NCBI GenBank assembly: GCA_965197675.1
Contig: OZ240221.1
Location: 2,268,669 to 2,332,668, forward strand
DNA: 64,000 nucleotides
DNA from: Dehalococcoidia bacterium
GTDB taxonomy: Bacteria; Chloroflexota; Dehalococcoidia; Plut-88900
Direction of reading: 5' to 3'
Shown here piece by piece: positions 45,554-56,276 of the stretch (its first letter is position 1; every line of letters begins with the position of its first letter). The position numbers and the translations under genes are program-made. The notes beneath the pieces are model-generated. The model saw nothing but the letters and a program-made list of their open reading frames with translations. It was not told the DNA's origin and did no database searches.

Positions 45554-46714
45554 TTAAGAGGACAGGGATGCGATACGGTCAATGGCTTCGTCTATCCTGT
45601 TGTCGGGCGCGGTCAAGGAGAGGCGTATGTAGCCCTCGCCCTGCTCTCCGTAGCCTACTCCCGGGGTGACCACCACAGACACCTGGTCCAGCAGCTTGGT
45701 CGCGTACTCGACGGAGGTGTAGCCTTCGGGTACTCTAGCCCACAGATAGAAGCTGGCCTTGGGCGGCTGCACTCTAAGGCCCAGCCTGGCCAAGCCCTGC
45801 ACCAACCGGTCTCGCCTCTGCTGATAGATGGCCGCGTTTTCCTGCACGCAGTCCTGAGGGCCTTCCAGCGCCTCGATGGCCGCGTACTGAATAGCCTGGG
45901 GTATGCCAGAATCAAGGTTAGACTTGACCGTGTTAAGAGCGTTTATCAGCTCCGCGTTGCCTACGGCCATCCCTATTCTCCACCCAGTCATGTTGTAGGT
46001 CTTGGAGAGAGAATGGAACTCTATACCCACTTCTCTAGCTCCCTCGGCCTCCAAGAAGCTGGCTGGCCTGTATCCATCGAAAGTGATCTCACTGTACGGT
46101 GCATCGTTGCACACCGCCAGATCGTGTTTTCTAGCGAACTCGACCACCCTGTTATAGAAGTCCAACTCCGCCACGGCGCCCGTGGGATTGTTGGGGTAGT
46201 TGATCCAGAGGACTTTGGCTCTATCGAGGACGTGGCCAGGTATGTCTTCCAGCTCGGGAAGGAAGCCGTTCTCTTCCAACAGAGGCACAGAGTAGTTCTC
46301 TCCCCCGGCAAAGAGGGTACCCATAGCATAAACGGGGTATGCTGGGTCGGGGACCAGCGCCACGTCATCCGCATCTATCAAGGCAAGGGCAACGTGACCT
46401 ATGCCCTCCTTGGAGCCTATCAGAGATACGACCTCCTTAGCCGGGTCAAGCTCAACACCAAACCGTCTCTTGTACCATCGGGCCACAGCCTGTCGAAACT
46501 CAGCAAGACCGTTGGTCTCCGGATAGCGATGGTTGGCCGAAACCTGGGCCTCTCTCACAAGCCGGTCTAGGATATGGGGCGGGGTGGGAAGGTCGGGATC
46601 GCCGACGGCGAAGCTAATGACATCCTCACCTTTCCCTCTCTTCTCCGCGATCTTCTTATTGATCTCTACGAACAGGTAGGGAGGCACCGCCTCCAGACGT
46701 TTGGCAGTTCTCAA
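45554..46714 (-). CDS. dapL: LL-diaminopimelate aminotransferase
   Basis: N-terminus RLEAVPPYLFVEINKKIAEKRGKGEDVISFAVGDPDLPTP, PLP-lysine SLSKTYNMTGWR; abuts dapF. Confidence 0.8.
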   Translation of the reverse strand: MRTAKRLEAVPPYLFVEINKKIAEKRGKGEDVISFAVGDPDLPTPPHILDRLVREAQVSANHRYPETNGLAEFRQAVARWYKRRFGVELDPAKEVVSLIGSKEGIGHVALALIDADDVALVPDPAYPVYAMGTLFAGGENYSVPLLEENGFLPELEDIPGHVLDRAKVLWINYPNNPTGAVAELDFYNRVVEFARKHDLAVCNDAPYSEITFDGYRPASFLEAEGAREVGIEFHSLSKTYNMTGWRIGMAVGNAELINALNTVKSNLDSGIPQAIQYAAIEALEGPQDCVQENAAIYQQRRDRLVQGLARLGLRVQPPKASFYLWARVPEGYTSVEYATKLLDQVSVVVTPGVGYGEQGEGYIRLSLTAPDNRIDEAIDRIASLSS

Positions 46715-47560
46715 CTAGTTCTCCTCCCACTCGCCAGTGAACACGTATTCGGCAGGCCCAGAGAGGTATACTTCACTCTTCCCATCCCATTCGATGGTCA
46801 AGGTGCCTCCCACCAGGTCTACCTGCAACGGACTGTCGGATATGTCATGAAGACGACCTGCGACTGTAACTGCACAGGCGCCAGTACCGCATGCGAGGGT
46901 CTCGCCTGCTCCCCGCTCCCACACCCTGACCTTGGCATGAGAGCGGTCAATGATGTTAGCTATCTCGAAATTGACTCGTTGAGGGAAAAGGGGGTGGTGC
47001 TCGACTCTGGGTCCCACCTCAAAAAGAGGGAACTGGTCGACGGGATCGTCGATAAAGCAGACGGCATGGGGATTGCCCATGGATACACAGCTTACCTTGA
47101 GCGACATGCCGTCAACGGAAATGGGGTATCCCTTCACCACGTCGACCCCGTCAGGAAGGACGATAGGTATCTCGTCGGGTTTAAGACGGGGCGGACCCAT
47201 CGACGCTCGAATTGACTTTACGGAACCGTTGTCACTGGATGTCGTGACCGTCCCCACCCCACCCAGCGTCTCTATCTCGACCTGGGTGGAATCAGGAGCC
47301 ACCAAATCCTTCTCGACCAAGTACTTGGCAAACATCCGTATGCCGTTTCCACAGGCCTCGGCCTCTGAGCCGTCGGGATTGAAAATCCTCATGCGATAAT
47401 CGGCTGTACTGGAGGGGCAAATCAACAGGATGCCATCAGAACCGACGCCAAAGTGACGATCGCACATGGCCACTGCCACTTTGGGCCAGTCTCGCTCCAT
47501 CCCTCGAGCATCTATGAGGATGTAATCGTTACCTATGCCCTGCATCTTTGTAAACTTCAT
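46715..47560 (-). CDS. dapF: Diaminopimelate epimerase
   Basis: Two catalytic Cys motifs, FNPDGSEAEACGNG and ETLACGTGA. Confidence 0.9.
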   Translation of the reverse strand: MKFTKMQGIGNDYILIDARGMERDWPKVAVAMCDRHFGVGSDGILLICPSSTADYRMRIFNPDGSEAEACGNGIRMFAKYLVEKDLVAPDSTQVEIETLGGVGTVTTSSDNGSVKSIRASMGPPRLKPDEIPIVLPDGVDVVKGYPISVDGMSLKVSCVSMGNPHAVCFIDDPVDQFPLFEVGPRVEHHPLFPQRVNFEIANIIDRSHAKVRVWERGAGETLACGTGACAVTVAGRLHDISDSPLQVDLVGGTLTIEWDGKSEVYLSGPAEYVFTGEWEEN

Positions 47561-47566
47561 TTACCT

Positions 47567-48520
47567 TTATCCATAGCCCTGAGTAGTTGTCACTTCCCAT
47601 CGACTGTCGTCACAGAACACTCTGACTTGACTCAACACGGGTTCGAGAGCGTCTTCGGTAATATTGTGCCAGGAAATGCGTCGGTCACTGGACTTGAACC
47701 AGGTGCCCTGATGCCTGGCCAGACGATGGGTCTCGTGCTTGGTCTGTCGTATGGCCTCCTCCAAGGATAGCTGTCCTTTCAAGTACATGCCTATCTGTTT
47801 ATAACCCACACTGGACATGGATGGCAAGTCGAACGTATATCCCCTGTTCAGCAAGTCTCGCACTTCATTGACCAGACCGCCCGATATCATATCGTCGACC
47901 CTGCTATCGATCCTGGAGTACAGCGCTTCTCTGGGCGCCGTGAGGCCGACGATGAGGGAGGAACGGCTCACTCCATTCTTGCTCACCAACTGGGAGAAGG
48001 GAGTCCCTGATTTGATGAACACCTCCAGAGCCCTGATGACACGCCGTATATTGTTCGGATCGATGGAATCGGCAGCTGCTGAGTCCACTTCTCTCAGACG
48101 ATCATGTAGAGAGTGAGAGCCTCTGAGTCTCGCTTCCATCTCCAGCTCATTCCTCAGCTTATCATCTGGAGGGACGTGGGGAATTTTCAGGCCTTCTATC
48201 AGGCCCCAGACATAGAGTCCGCTGCCTCCTACCAGGTATGGTACTTTTCCTCTACCGTGGATATCATCGATGATTTCTGTTGCTTTCTCCAGATAGAGGG
48301 CGAGATTGAAAGACTCGTCCGGATCTAAAATGTCGATGAGATGGTGAGGTACACGTTCCATCTCTCCAGGAGAGGGTTTGGCGGTGCCGATGTCCATGTA
48401 ACGGTAGACTTGACGGCTGTCGGCGTTGACCACCTCGCCATCTGTAGCTCGCGCCAACTCCACGGCGAGCCGGCTCTTGCCGGTAGCGGTAGCGCCCACA
48501 ATCGCGATGATTCCATTCAT
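47567..48520 (-). CDS. miaA: tRNA dimethylallyltransferase
   Basis: P-loop GATATGKS and DSRQVYRYMDIGTAKP. Confidence 0.9.
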   Translation of the reverse strand: MNGIIAIVGATATGKSRLAVELARATDGEVVNADSRQVYRYMDIGTAKPSPGEMERVPHHLIDILDPDESFNLALYLEKATEIIDDIHGRGKVPYLVGGSGLYVWGLIEGLKIPHVPPDDKLRNELEMEARLRGSHSLHDRLREVDSAAADSIDPNNIRRVIRALEVFIKSGTPFSQLVSKNGVSRSSLIVGLTAPREALYSRIDSRVDDMISGGLVNEVRDLLNRGYTFDLPSMSSVGYKQIGMYLKGQLSLEEAIRQTKHETHRLARHQGTWFKSSDRRISWHNITEDALEPVLSQVRVFCDDSRWEVTTTQGYG

Positions 48521-48522
48521 GT

Positions 48523-49284
48523 TCAGCTCTTCTTGATCTGAGCGGAGCTTCTGACTATCTCAGTAAAATCATCAAGCTTGAGGCTTGCTCCACCCACCAG
48601 GGCGCCGTCGATCTCCGGCTCGCTCATGAACTCACGGATATTCTCTGAAGTGACGCTCCCACCATACAAGATGCAGGTATCCATGGCTGCCTGAACTCCC
48701 AGCACACCCCCCAGGGTCTCCCGCAGCATTCCAATGGTCTGATTGGCGTCTTTGCCCGTGGCCGGTCGTCCGGTGCCAATGGCCCAAACGGGCTCGTAGG
48801 CTACTGCCAGGCCCGGCGTATCTTCCACGCCGTCCAGCCCAAGAGTTACCTGTCGAACCAGTACCTCCCTCGTCTTCCCCCCTTCCAACTCCTTGAGGGT
48901 CTCTCCCACACAGAGGATCGGTTTCAGGCCGCTGTTTTTCGCCGCCTTCACCTTCTGGTTGACTAGCTGATCGTCTTCACCCAGTATGTGCCGGCGCTCC
49001 GAGTGACCCAGGATCACGTATTCGCACAAATCTCGAAGCATGAGCGGAGACACCTCCCCTGTGAAGGCTCCCTTTTCCCTAAAGTACATGTTTTGTGCGC
49101 CAAGCTTGAGAGACGATCCCTTGATAGCCTCTTTCACCGTAGCTAATGATATAAAAGGAGGGCACAGTACTTTTTCTATCCCATCTATGGCGTTGATGCC
49201 CCGGAGCAGAGCAAATGCCAACTGACGCGCCTCGGCTATAGTAGTATTCATCTTCCAGTTGCCGGCTACCAGGGGTGTACGCAT
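48523..49284 (-). CDS. tpiA: Triose-phosphate isomerase
   Basis: AGNWKMN and AYEPVWAIGTG signatures. Confidence 0.95.
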   Translation of the reverse strand: MRTPLVAGNWKMNTTIAEARQLAFALLRGINAIDGIEKVLCPPFISLATVKEAIKGSSLKLGAQNMYFREKGAFTGEVSPLMLRDLCEYVILGHSERRHILGEDDQLVNQKVKAAKNSGLKPILCVGETLKELEGGKTREVLVRQVTLGLDGVEDTPGLAVAYEPVWAIGTGRPATGKDANQTIGMLRETLGGVLGVQAAMDTCILYGGSVTSENIREFMSEPEIDGALVGGASLKLDDFTEIVRSSAQIKKS

Positions 49285-49293
49285 GTGGTAGTT

Positions 49294-50499
49294 CTAAGCT
49301 CCAAATTTGTTCAGTCGCAGGGAGTTGGCAAGAACGAGAGGCATTATGTCAACAGATGGAAATCTCCCCAAGACACCTTCAGCACATTCTTTTTCGTTGA
49401 ACCGTTCAACACGGTCGGTCCGTCCCCATCGAGATCTGAGCAAGAACGGTACCGGATGCCAGCTATGGCTCACCAGGACAGCAGGGGTCGAGTGGTCGCC
49501 AGCCACTACGAACACATCCGGATTCAGATCGATGAGCCGAGAGATGGGGGCATCCACTTCTTCCAACGCGCGAACCTTCGCTTCGAAGTTGCCATCCTCT
49601 CCTGCCGTATCTGCGTCTTTGAAGTGGATGAAGAAGAAGTCGAAATCGTTATAGCGCTTGATCAGGGTATCCACCTCTTCCTCGAAAGTGACCCCCGTCT
49701 CCAGGCAAACCATACCCAGCAGACGAGCAATCCCCTTATACATGGGATAGGTGGCTATGGCGGCGGGGCTCAGATCATAGATATCACCCATTGAAGGCAG
49801 ACTGGGGAGCTTGGAGAAGCCCCGAAGCATAATCATATTCGCCTTGTCCCTATCACCTAAAACTCGTCGGGATTTCTCTATGAACTCGTTTGCAATGTCA
49901 GCAGTAGGTTGGGCCTCTGGAATCAGGGGCTTAACAGGAGGCACTGGCATGCCTGCACCTTGCGCGTCCGTATCTGTGAGTTCTTCATTCAAACCATTGC
50001 CGTGGAAGACGATGGCAAACCGATGGTCTTTCACCGGATGGACCTCCGCCTCCGCGCCCGATACTCGAATTTCGTTCAATTGCCGGCATAGTACGCTGCT
50101 CTCCTCGGTGGGTATCCTCCCTGCTCGCCTATCTGTGACACGGCCCTGATCATCCACGGTGCAGAAGTTTCCCCGGACCGCCAGATCATCTGTCCCAAGC
50201 TCCAGCCCTATCCCAGTGGCTTCCAGCACACCCCGTTTTATGAGGTTCTTCACCGGATCATATCCGAACAGACCTAAATGGCCGGGCCCACTGCCGGGGG
50301 TTATCCCAGCGCCGACAGGAACAGTCAGCCCGCACATAGACTCAGAGGCCAGCCTGTCCAGATTGGGAGTGTGAGCCGTCTCCAACTCCGACTCTCCCGT
50401 ATCTGGATGGGGAAGGCCGCCCAGGCCATCGATTACCAGGAATATTATCTTGGAGGGGCTGGAGTGGGATAGCTCCTCGATCAGCGCTTGTTGACTCAT
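49294..50499 (-). CDS. apgM: 2,3-bisphosphoglycerate-independent phosphoglycerate mutase, archaeal type
   Basis: IIFLVIDGLGG...ETAHTPNLDRLA...GDHSTP; located between pgk and tpiA. Confidence 0.8.
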   Translation of the reverse strand: MSQQALIEELSHSSPSKIIFLVIDGLGGLPHPDTGESELETAHTPNLDRLASESMCGLTVPVGAGITPGSGPGHLGLFGYDPVKNLIKRGVLEATGIGLELGTDDLAVRGNFCTVDDQGRVTDRRAGRIPTEESSVLCRQLNEIRVSGAEAEVHPVKDHRFAIVFHGNGLNEELTDTDAQGAGMPVPPVKPLIPEAQPTADIANEFIEKSRRVLGDRDKANMIMLRGFSKLPSLPSMGDIYDLSPAAIATYPMYKGIARLLGMVCLETGVTFEEEVDTLIKRYNDFDFFFIHFKDADTAGEDGNFEAKVRALEEVDAPISRLIDLNPDVFVVAGDHSTPAVLVSHSWHPVPFLLRSRWGRTDRVERFNEKECAEGVLGRFPSVDIMPLVLANSLRLNKFGA

Positions 50500-50511
50500 C
50501 GATCCATTATC

Positions 50512-51699
50512 TCATTTGTCCAGGAGGGCCGCCACGCCGGGTAGAGTCTTACCCTCTAAAAACTCCAGGGAGGCGCCCCCTCCAGTAGAAACGTGATCCA
50601 TCATCTCAGTCATGCCGAGGGAATGCGCCACTTCAGCAGTGGACCCGCCCCCTACGACTGTCGTCGCATCCAGCCGACTTAAGACTTCGGCCATGCGCCG
50701 TGTGCCCTCTGCAAACGCGGGGAACTCCCACACGCCCATGGGTCCGTTCCAAAAAACCGTCTTGCAGTTTCTAAGATGCTCCTCGAATAGCTGGGTAGTT
50801 CCTGGGCCGATGTCCATGATGTGCCCATCCGGAGGTATCTGGTCTATTGATACTGTCGTTGGTATGGCATCTACATCGAACTTGTCCCCGACAATCACAT
50901 CCCTTGGTAAGACCAGAGAGACCCTCTTCTTTGACGCCTCACTCATGAGACCAGAGACGAAATCCAGGCTCTCCTCTTCCAGTAGAGACTGGCCCACCTC
51001 ATAACCCTTGGATTTAAGGAAAGTCGCTGCCATGCCTCCACCTATAAGCAGCACGTCTACCCTGCTCAGCAGGTTTTCCAGAACGGCCATCTTGTCGGCG
51101 ATCTTGGCGCCTCCCAGCAACGCGCCGAAAGGTCTCGTTGGATTGGTGATCGTCAGGCTGAGGAACTCCAACTCCTTCTCCATGAGAAAGCCGGCCACGC
51201 CAGGCAGATATCGAGCAACCCCTACGGTGGAAGCGTGAGCACGATGCGCGGTTCCAAAAGCGTCGTTCACGTACACCTCGCCAAGCGAAGCTATATCCTT
51301 AGCAAAGTCGGGATCGTTGCCCTCCTCCTCTGGGTGGAATCTCAAGTTCTCCAGCAATAGGACTTCGCCTGATTTCAACTCCTTCGCTGCCTCTTCCACT
51401 TCCGGGCCGACACAGTCTGAGGCGATTTTCACGTTTATGTCAAATAGATCGGCTAGTCTCTCACCGACCTGAGCCATGTTGAGGCCTTCAACTACCCTAC
51501 CCTTGGGTCGACCCAGATGCGAGCAAAGAATGAGTCGTGCCTCCCTGTCGAGGAGATAACGAATAGTTGGTAAGGTGGCCCTGATTCGACTATCGTCGGT
51601 CATGAAACCGGTCCGAGGGTCTAAAGGAACGTTGAAATCCACTCGTGCCAGGACTCGCTTGCATTGAACATCTATGTCTTCCACTGTCTTCTTATTCAT
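50512..51699 (-). CDS. pgk: Phosphoglycerate kinase
   Basis: RVDFNVPLD, typical length of 395 aa, C-terminal [14 protein letters not shown]. Confidence 0.95.
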   Translation of the reverse strand: MNKKTVEDIDVQCKRVLARVDFNVPLDPRTGFMTDDSRIRATLPTIRYLLDREARLILCSHLGRPKGRVVEGLNMAQVGERLADLFDINVKIASDCVGPEVEEAAKELKSGEVLLLENLRFHPEEEGNDPDFAKDIASLGEVYVNDAFGTAHRAHASTVGVARYLPGVAGFLMEKELEFLSLTITNPTRPFGALLGGAKIADKMAVLENLLSRVDVLLIGGGMAATFLKSKGYEVGQSLLEEESLDFVSGLMSEASKKRVSLVLPRDVIVGDKFDVDAIPTTVSIDQIPPDGHIMDIGPGTTQLFEEHLRNCKTVFWNGPMGVWEFPAFAEGTRRMAEVLSRLDATTVVGGGSTAEVAHSLGMTEMMDHVSTGGGASLEFLEGKTLPGVAALLDK

Positions 51700-51702
51700 A
51701 TA

Positions 51703-52332
51703 CTACTGAGCGAGCATTATGGGCAACCCACAGGTTTGCTCGATTTCCTCTCGGGAAACTACTCCTTCTCTGAGTAGTACAGGTCTTTCTCTGGTCACGT
51801 CTACCACTGTGGATGGCATGTCGCCTGGACACGGCCCCCCATCTATAACTATGTCTATCGTATCTCCTATCTGCGCCCGCACTATTTCCGGGGTGGTAGG
51901 ATTGGCTCCTCCGCTTCCGTTGGCGCTGGTTCCAGTTATAGGCGCCCCCAGCTTTCGGACCAGCTCACGTGGGACTGGATGATTGGGCACGCGGACGGCT
52001 ATCGTACCCGTTCCGGCAGTAATCAAGTCCGAAACACCTGGACGGCTTTCCAGCACCATGGTAAGAGCCCCAGGCCAGAAGCTTAGGGCAAGCAGCCGTG
52101 CAACGTCTGACGCGTGTTGGGCAACTCTGGTAAGGTCTCCAAACGAAGAAAGGAGAACAGGCATGGGTTTGTTGAGAGGGCGGCCTTTGGCTTCGTAGAC
52201 CTTTTCTACCGCATCTTCTGAAAGGGCATTGGCGCCAAGCCCGTAGAGAGTATCTGTGGGATAGGCTACTAACCCACCACGTCTCAGTATCTTGACAGCT
52301 TTATCCAGGTCCGAGTTCACAAACTGGGGCAT
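51703..52332 (-). CDS. tsaC: L-threonylcarbamoyladenylate synthase (YrdC/TsaC family)
   Basis: GGLVAYPTDTLYGLGANA motif. The ATG at 52332 is preferred; the track ORF runs to 52467. Confidence 0.85.
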   Translation of the reverse strand: MPQFVNSDLDKAVKILRRGGLVAYPTDTLYGLGANALSEDAVEKVYEAKGRPLNKPMPVLLSSFGDLTRVAQHASDVARLLALSFWPGALTMVLESRPGVSDLITAGTGTIAVRVPNHPVPRELVRKLGAPITGTSANGSGGANPTTPEIVRAQIGDTIDIVIDGGPCPGDMPSTVVDVTRERPVLLREGVVSREEIEQTCGLPIMLAQ

Positions 52333-52420
52333 GTAAAGGCAATTCACAAAGGGAAGAACTAGCCTCGTATAACCTTGACTCAGTATATCATGGGTGATAA
52401 TCTGAGGTCGAGGAGGGCCC

Positions 52421-54103
52421 TTGGTAAAAGGCGGAGCCAGGGCAGAAAGCCGCCGTATAGCTACCACCGACGATCTGGAGGTTTCTGCTTACCTCGGGAT
52501 CGCTGGGAGCAAGGTTGGGCCTCAAACTGCATCGAGAGACGGGTCGGAGTCACCCCCCAAAGAGAAGCCTGAATCGGTTGCTATCCTGGACTTCGGGTCC
52601 CAGTACAGCAAGCTCATCGCCAGGCGAGTTCGTGAGTGCCGAGTCTACTGTGAAATCCTACCCTATGATGCGCCATGGGAGCAGGTCTCTCAGATCAACC
52701 CCAAGGGCATCATCCTTTCTGGAAGCCCCTCCAGCGTATACGATGAAATGTCCCCGTTGGCTCCCTCCTACGTGTTCGAACACAATCTGCCGATATTGGG
52801 CATCTGTTACGGAATGCAGACCCTGACGCATCAGCTGGGTGGTAAAGTTGCCCCTGATGCAAAGAGAGAGTACGGTCATGCCATCCTGCATCAAAACGTA
52901 ACCGGCCACCCCATGTTCGAGAGTCTCCCTAGAGACCTATCCGTCTGGATGAGCCATGGCGACAGGATCACCGAGATGCCTGTCGGCTTCTCCCGACTCG
53001 CCTACACCGACAACTCGCCAATCGCTGTCATGGGAAACGACGAGGGTGTCATCGGCCTTCAGTTCCACCCGGAAGTGATCCACACCCCAGACGGCAAAGC
53101 CATTATAAGGAACTTCCTCTACAATATATGCGGCTGTGAAGGTGCCTGGACTCCCCGAAACTTTATAGCCGAGGCCATCTATAGGATCAAGGAAGACGTA
53201 GGATCGGGAAAGGTGATATGCGCCCTCTCCGGAGGAGTGGACTCGGCGGTCACGGCTGCCCTGGCCCACCGAGCAATAGGAGACCAGTTGACCTGTATCT
53301 TCGTGGATAATGGCCTGCTGCGTAAAGAAGAGCCCGAGCGAATTCGTTCAGTCTTCGAACGAAACCTCAAGATGAACCTGGTATACGTGGACGCAGCCGA
53401 GTCCTTTCTCAATCGTCTGGCAGCAGTCACAGACCCAGAGCAGAAGCGCCGAATCGTCGGAGAGGAGTTCATACGGGTATTCGAGGAGCAGGCGGTTATG
53501 CTGGGAGAGGTGGACTTCCTGGCTCAGGGTACCCTATACCCAGACGTAATAGAAAGCATTTCGCCGCAAAAGGCGCCTTCAGCCAAGATAAAGACCCATC
53601 ACAACGTTGGCGGTCTTCCGGCCACCATGAAGCTCTCTCTAGTAGAGCCGCTTCGCCAGCTATTTAAGGATGAAGTGCGGGAAGTGGGTCTTGCTTTGGG
53701 TTTGCCAGAAGAGATGGTGTATCGTCAACCCTTCCCCGGTCCAGGTCTGGCCATACGCATAATCGGCGAAATCACCAGGGAAAAGCTGGAGATGCTCCGG
53801 GCCGCCGACTGGATAGTCATGGATGAAATCAAGGCAGCCAACCTCTATGGCGAGCTGTGGCAAAGCTTCGCCGTACTAACGTCGATGCACACCGTCGGGG
53901 TCATGGGCGACTATCGCACCTATGGAAATACCGTAGCTGTCAGGGCAGTAACCAGCGAGGACGCCATGACCGCGGACTGGGCGCGTCTGCCCTACGAGGT
54001 GTTGACCCAAATATCCAACAGAATCGTCAACGAGGTAGCAGGAGTCAATCGAGTAGTCTATGACATCTCCAGCAAACCGCCGTCCACTATAGAGTGGGAG
54101 TAG
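52421..54103 (+). CDS. guaA: GMP synthase (glutamine-hydrolysing)
   Basis: GATase [15 protein letters not shown]; PP-loop SGGVDSAV; C-terminal IEWE. The start is uncertain: TTG at 52421 is the only canonical in-frame start before the conserved region. Confidence 0.9.
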   Translation: MVKGGARAESRRIATTDDLEVSAYLGIAGSKVGPQTASRDGSESPPKEKPESVAILDFGSQYSKLIARRVRECRVYCEILPYDAPWEQVSQINPKGIILSGSPSSVYDEMSPLAPSYVFEHNLPILGICYGMQTLTHQLGGKVAPDAKREYGHAILHQNVTGHPMFESLPRDLSVWMSHGDRITEMPVGFSRLAYTDNSPIAVMGNDEGVIGLQFHPEVIHTPDGKAIIRNFLYNICGCEGAWTPRNFIAEAIYRIKEDVGSGKVICALSGGVDSAVTAALAHRAIGDQLTCIFVDNGLLRKEEPERIRSVFERNLKMNLVYVDAAESFLNRLAAVTDPEQKRRIVGEEFIRVFEEQAVMLGEVDFLAQGTLYPDVIESISPQKAPSAKIKTHHNVGGLPATMKLSLVEPLRQLFKDEVREVGLALGLPEEMVYRQPFPGPGLAIRIIGEITREKLEMLRAADWIVMDEIKAANLYGELWQSFAVLTSMHTVGVMGDYRTYGNTVAVRAVTSEDAMTADWARLPYEVLTQISNRIVNEVAGVNRVVYDISSKPPSTIEWE

Positions 54104-54209
54104 CGTCAGTACAGCTTTAGGAACAGATAATTGGCCTACTCAACCAAGACAAAGAATGGCTCGACGTGCGCCTGCTTCCTAGACCAGGGGTTACCAGTCG
54201 GGAGATGTT

Positions 54210-54793
54210 CGGGGACGTATGCTACCTCCACCTACGATAAGATGTTCGTCATCATCGCCGGCGACTCCGTTGTCACCAAGCCCCCAGAGACCGAGAAGCA
54301 AGATGCTCTTAAAAATCACGGCGCCACCGAGTTCATTATCGAGGGAGTCCAGAGGGAAGCATCCCTCTGGCGGGAGGCTTGAGGGGCGTCCCCCCATATC
54401 CAAAACCTACCGAGGGCGGCACGACGATAAGATGTTCGCCATCATCACCGGAGACTCCGTTGTCACCAAGCTCCCGGAGGCCGAGAAGCAAGATGCTCTT
54501 CAAAATCACGCCGCCGAGATCATCCCCGAGGGAGTCCAGAGGGAAGCATCCCTCTGGCGGGGGGCTTGGGGGGCGTCCCCCCATATCCAAAACCTACCGA
54601 GGGCGGCACGACGATAAGATGTTCGTCATCATCGCCGGGGACTCCGTTGTCACCAAGCTCCTGGAGGCCTAGAGCCAAGATGCTCTTCAAAATCACGCCG
54701 CCGAGATCATCCCCGAGGGAGTCCAGAGGGAAGCATCCCTTTGGCGGGGGGCTTGGGGGGCGTCCCCCCATATACAAAACCTACCGAGGGCGG
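54210..54793. repeat. Tandem repeat, about 3.1 units of 187-190 bp, each containing strong hairpins
   Basis: The anchor ACGATAAGATGTTCG recurs at 54234, 54424 and 54611. Each unit carries CCAGAGGGA-AGCA-TCCCTCTGG (a perfect 9-bp stem) and GGGGGG-CGT-CCCCCC. Lies between guaA and purD. Confidence 0.9.
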
Positions 54794-54960
54794 GTGGATG
54801 GGACAAAGGCGCATGAATTTGTTCAGAGCCTTCCTAGACTCGTCTCGATTGGAGCCAGTCATGTTCTGGATCGAGAATGGCATGGATTATGTAAAGTCTA
54901 CACTGCCCTATCTGAGATCCAAAAAGGGGATCAAGGCCAGGTGACGGGAGCCTTCCACAG

Positions 54961-56262
54961 TTGAACGTCCTCGTAGTTGGCGGCGGCGGCAGAGAGCATG
55001 CCCTCGCTTGGAAGCTGCGACAGAACCCGAAAGTCGAGGAGCTATACGTGGCTCCAGGCAACGTCGGCACCTTTTTGCTGGCCCAAAACCTGGATATCAT
55101 CTCCACCGACGTCGTAGGGCTCGCCAGAGCGGCTAAAGAATACCAAGTTGAGCTCACGGTAGTTGGGCCGGAGGCGCCGCTGGACGCAGGTATCGTAGAC
55201 CATTTCAACAGTGAGGGCTTGCCTATCTTCGGGCCTACCAAGGCGGCCACTCGGCTGGAATCATCCAAGATTTTCGCCAAGGAGTTGATGACTAAATATC
55301 GTATCCCATGCGCCTACGGTCAGGCATTCTCCGACACAGAAGAGGCTCGCCAGTATCTCGCCATCTGTCAGTTTCCTGTAGTGGTCAAAGCCGACGGCCT
55401 GGCTGCGGGCAAAGGCGTCACTGTAGCTCCATCTCGTAATGAGGCGTTGAAAGCTGTAGATGAAGCAATGGACGCAAAGGCGTTTGGACGGGCAGGAGAA
55501 ACGATAGTCATAGAGGAGTGCTTGGTCGGCAGAGAGGTAAGCGTCTTCGCCTTCACCGACGGACGCTCAGTCTCCTCGATAGTGACTGCATGTGATTACA
55601 AGAGACTGTTGGAGAGAGACCAGGGTCCCAACACTGGAGGCATGGGCAGCTATAGCCCGTGCGAGTTCCTGGATGAGGCCCTTGTCGCTGAAGTCAACAG
55701 CCTTATATTGTCGCCAATAATCGAGGCCATGACTCTGGAAGGCGCTCCCTACAGGGGTGTCCTATACGGCGGTCTCATGATCACCGACGAAGGGCCCAAG
55801 GTGCTCGAGTTCAACGCTCGGCTGGGAGACCCGGAAACACAGGTGATATTACCTCGACTAGAGACCGACCTGGTGGATATAATGTTAGCCGTGATCAACG
55901 GCACTCTCAGCGACCTGGACGTTCGCTGGAACGACGATTCCTGCGTAGCCGTAGTAATGGCCTCGGAGGGTTACCCCGGTAGCTACTCCAAGGGTCACCA
56001 GATAACCGGTCTGGATTCCCTGGATGAAGGAGTCATGGTATTCCATGCCGGGACCTCCCACCGGGCTCGTAGTGATGGCAGTGAATCCGTCGTAGCTACG
56101 GCAGGTGGACGGGTGTTGAGCGTCGTGGCGCAAGGACCGTCTCTAGCAGAGGCCAAGAGCAGAGCATACCAAAACGTATCCCGTATTCAGTTCCAAGGGT
56201 GCCACTATCGCACCGACATAGCAGCGGTTCCGGCGGTAGCAGAGCACGGAGTTACAAGATAA
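54961..56262 (+). CDS. purD: Phosphoribosylamine--glycine ligase
   Basis: MNVLVVGGGGREHALAWKL, VVKADGLAAGKGV. Confidence 0.95.
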   Translation: MNVLVVGGGGREHALAWKLRQNPKVEELYVAPGNVGTFLLAQNLDIISTDVVGLARAAKEYQVELTVVGPEAPLDAGIVDHFNSEGLPIFGPTKAATRLESSKIFAKELMTKYRIPCAYGQAFSDTEEARQYLAICQFPVVVKADGLAAGKGVTVAPSRNEALKAVDEAMDAKAFGRAGETIVIEECLVGREVSVFAFTDGRSVSSIVTACDYKRLLERDQGPNTGGMGSYSPCEFLDEALVAEVNSLILSPIIEAMTLEGAPYRGVLYGGLMITDEGPKVLEFNARLGDPETQVILPRLETDLVDIMLAVINGTLSDLDVRWNDDSCVAVVMASEGYPGSYSKGHQITGLDSLDEGVMVFHAGTSHRARSDGSESVVATAGGRVLSVVAQGPSLAEAKSRAYQNVSRIQFQGCHYRTDIAAVPAVAEHGVTR

Positions 56263-56276
56263 GCGAAAGGACTCGA

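Noticed and set aside
45530-46570. 346-aa ORF on the plus strand
   Set aside because: It lies entirely antisense to the well-supported dapL gene. It has a low-complexity, Arg/Gly/Val-rich composition and no recognisable motifs, so it is a shadow ORF of a GC-rich gene.
49285-50149. Plus-strand ORFs 49285..49794 and 49811..50149
   Set aside because: They are antisense to the apgM gene, which has clear alkaline-phosphatase-superfamily motifs.
54210-54793. Possible CRISPR array
   Set aside because: The period is about 187 bp and whole units repeat with no unique spacer segments. No cas genes are in the window.
54131-55280. Stack of overlapping 67-148-aa ORFs on both strands between guaA and purD
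   Set aside because: They are created by the 187-bp tandem repeat being open in several frames. Unit 3 carries an in-frame stop in the most gene-like frame. The 54834..55280 minus-strand ORF is antisense to purD. I treat them as a non-coding repeat, though a decayed small-gene origin is kept as a possibility in the findings.
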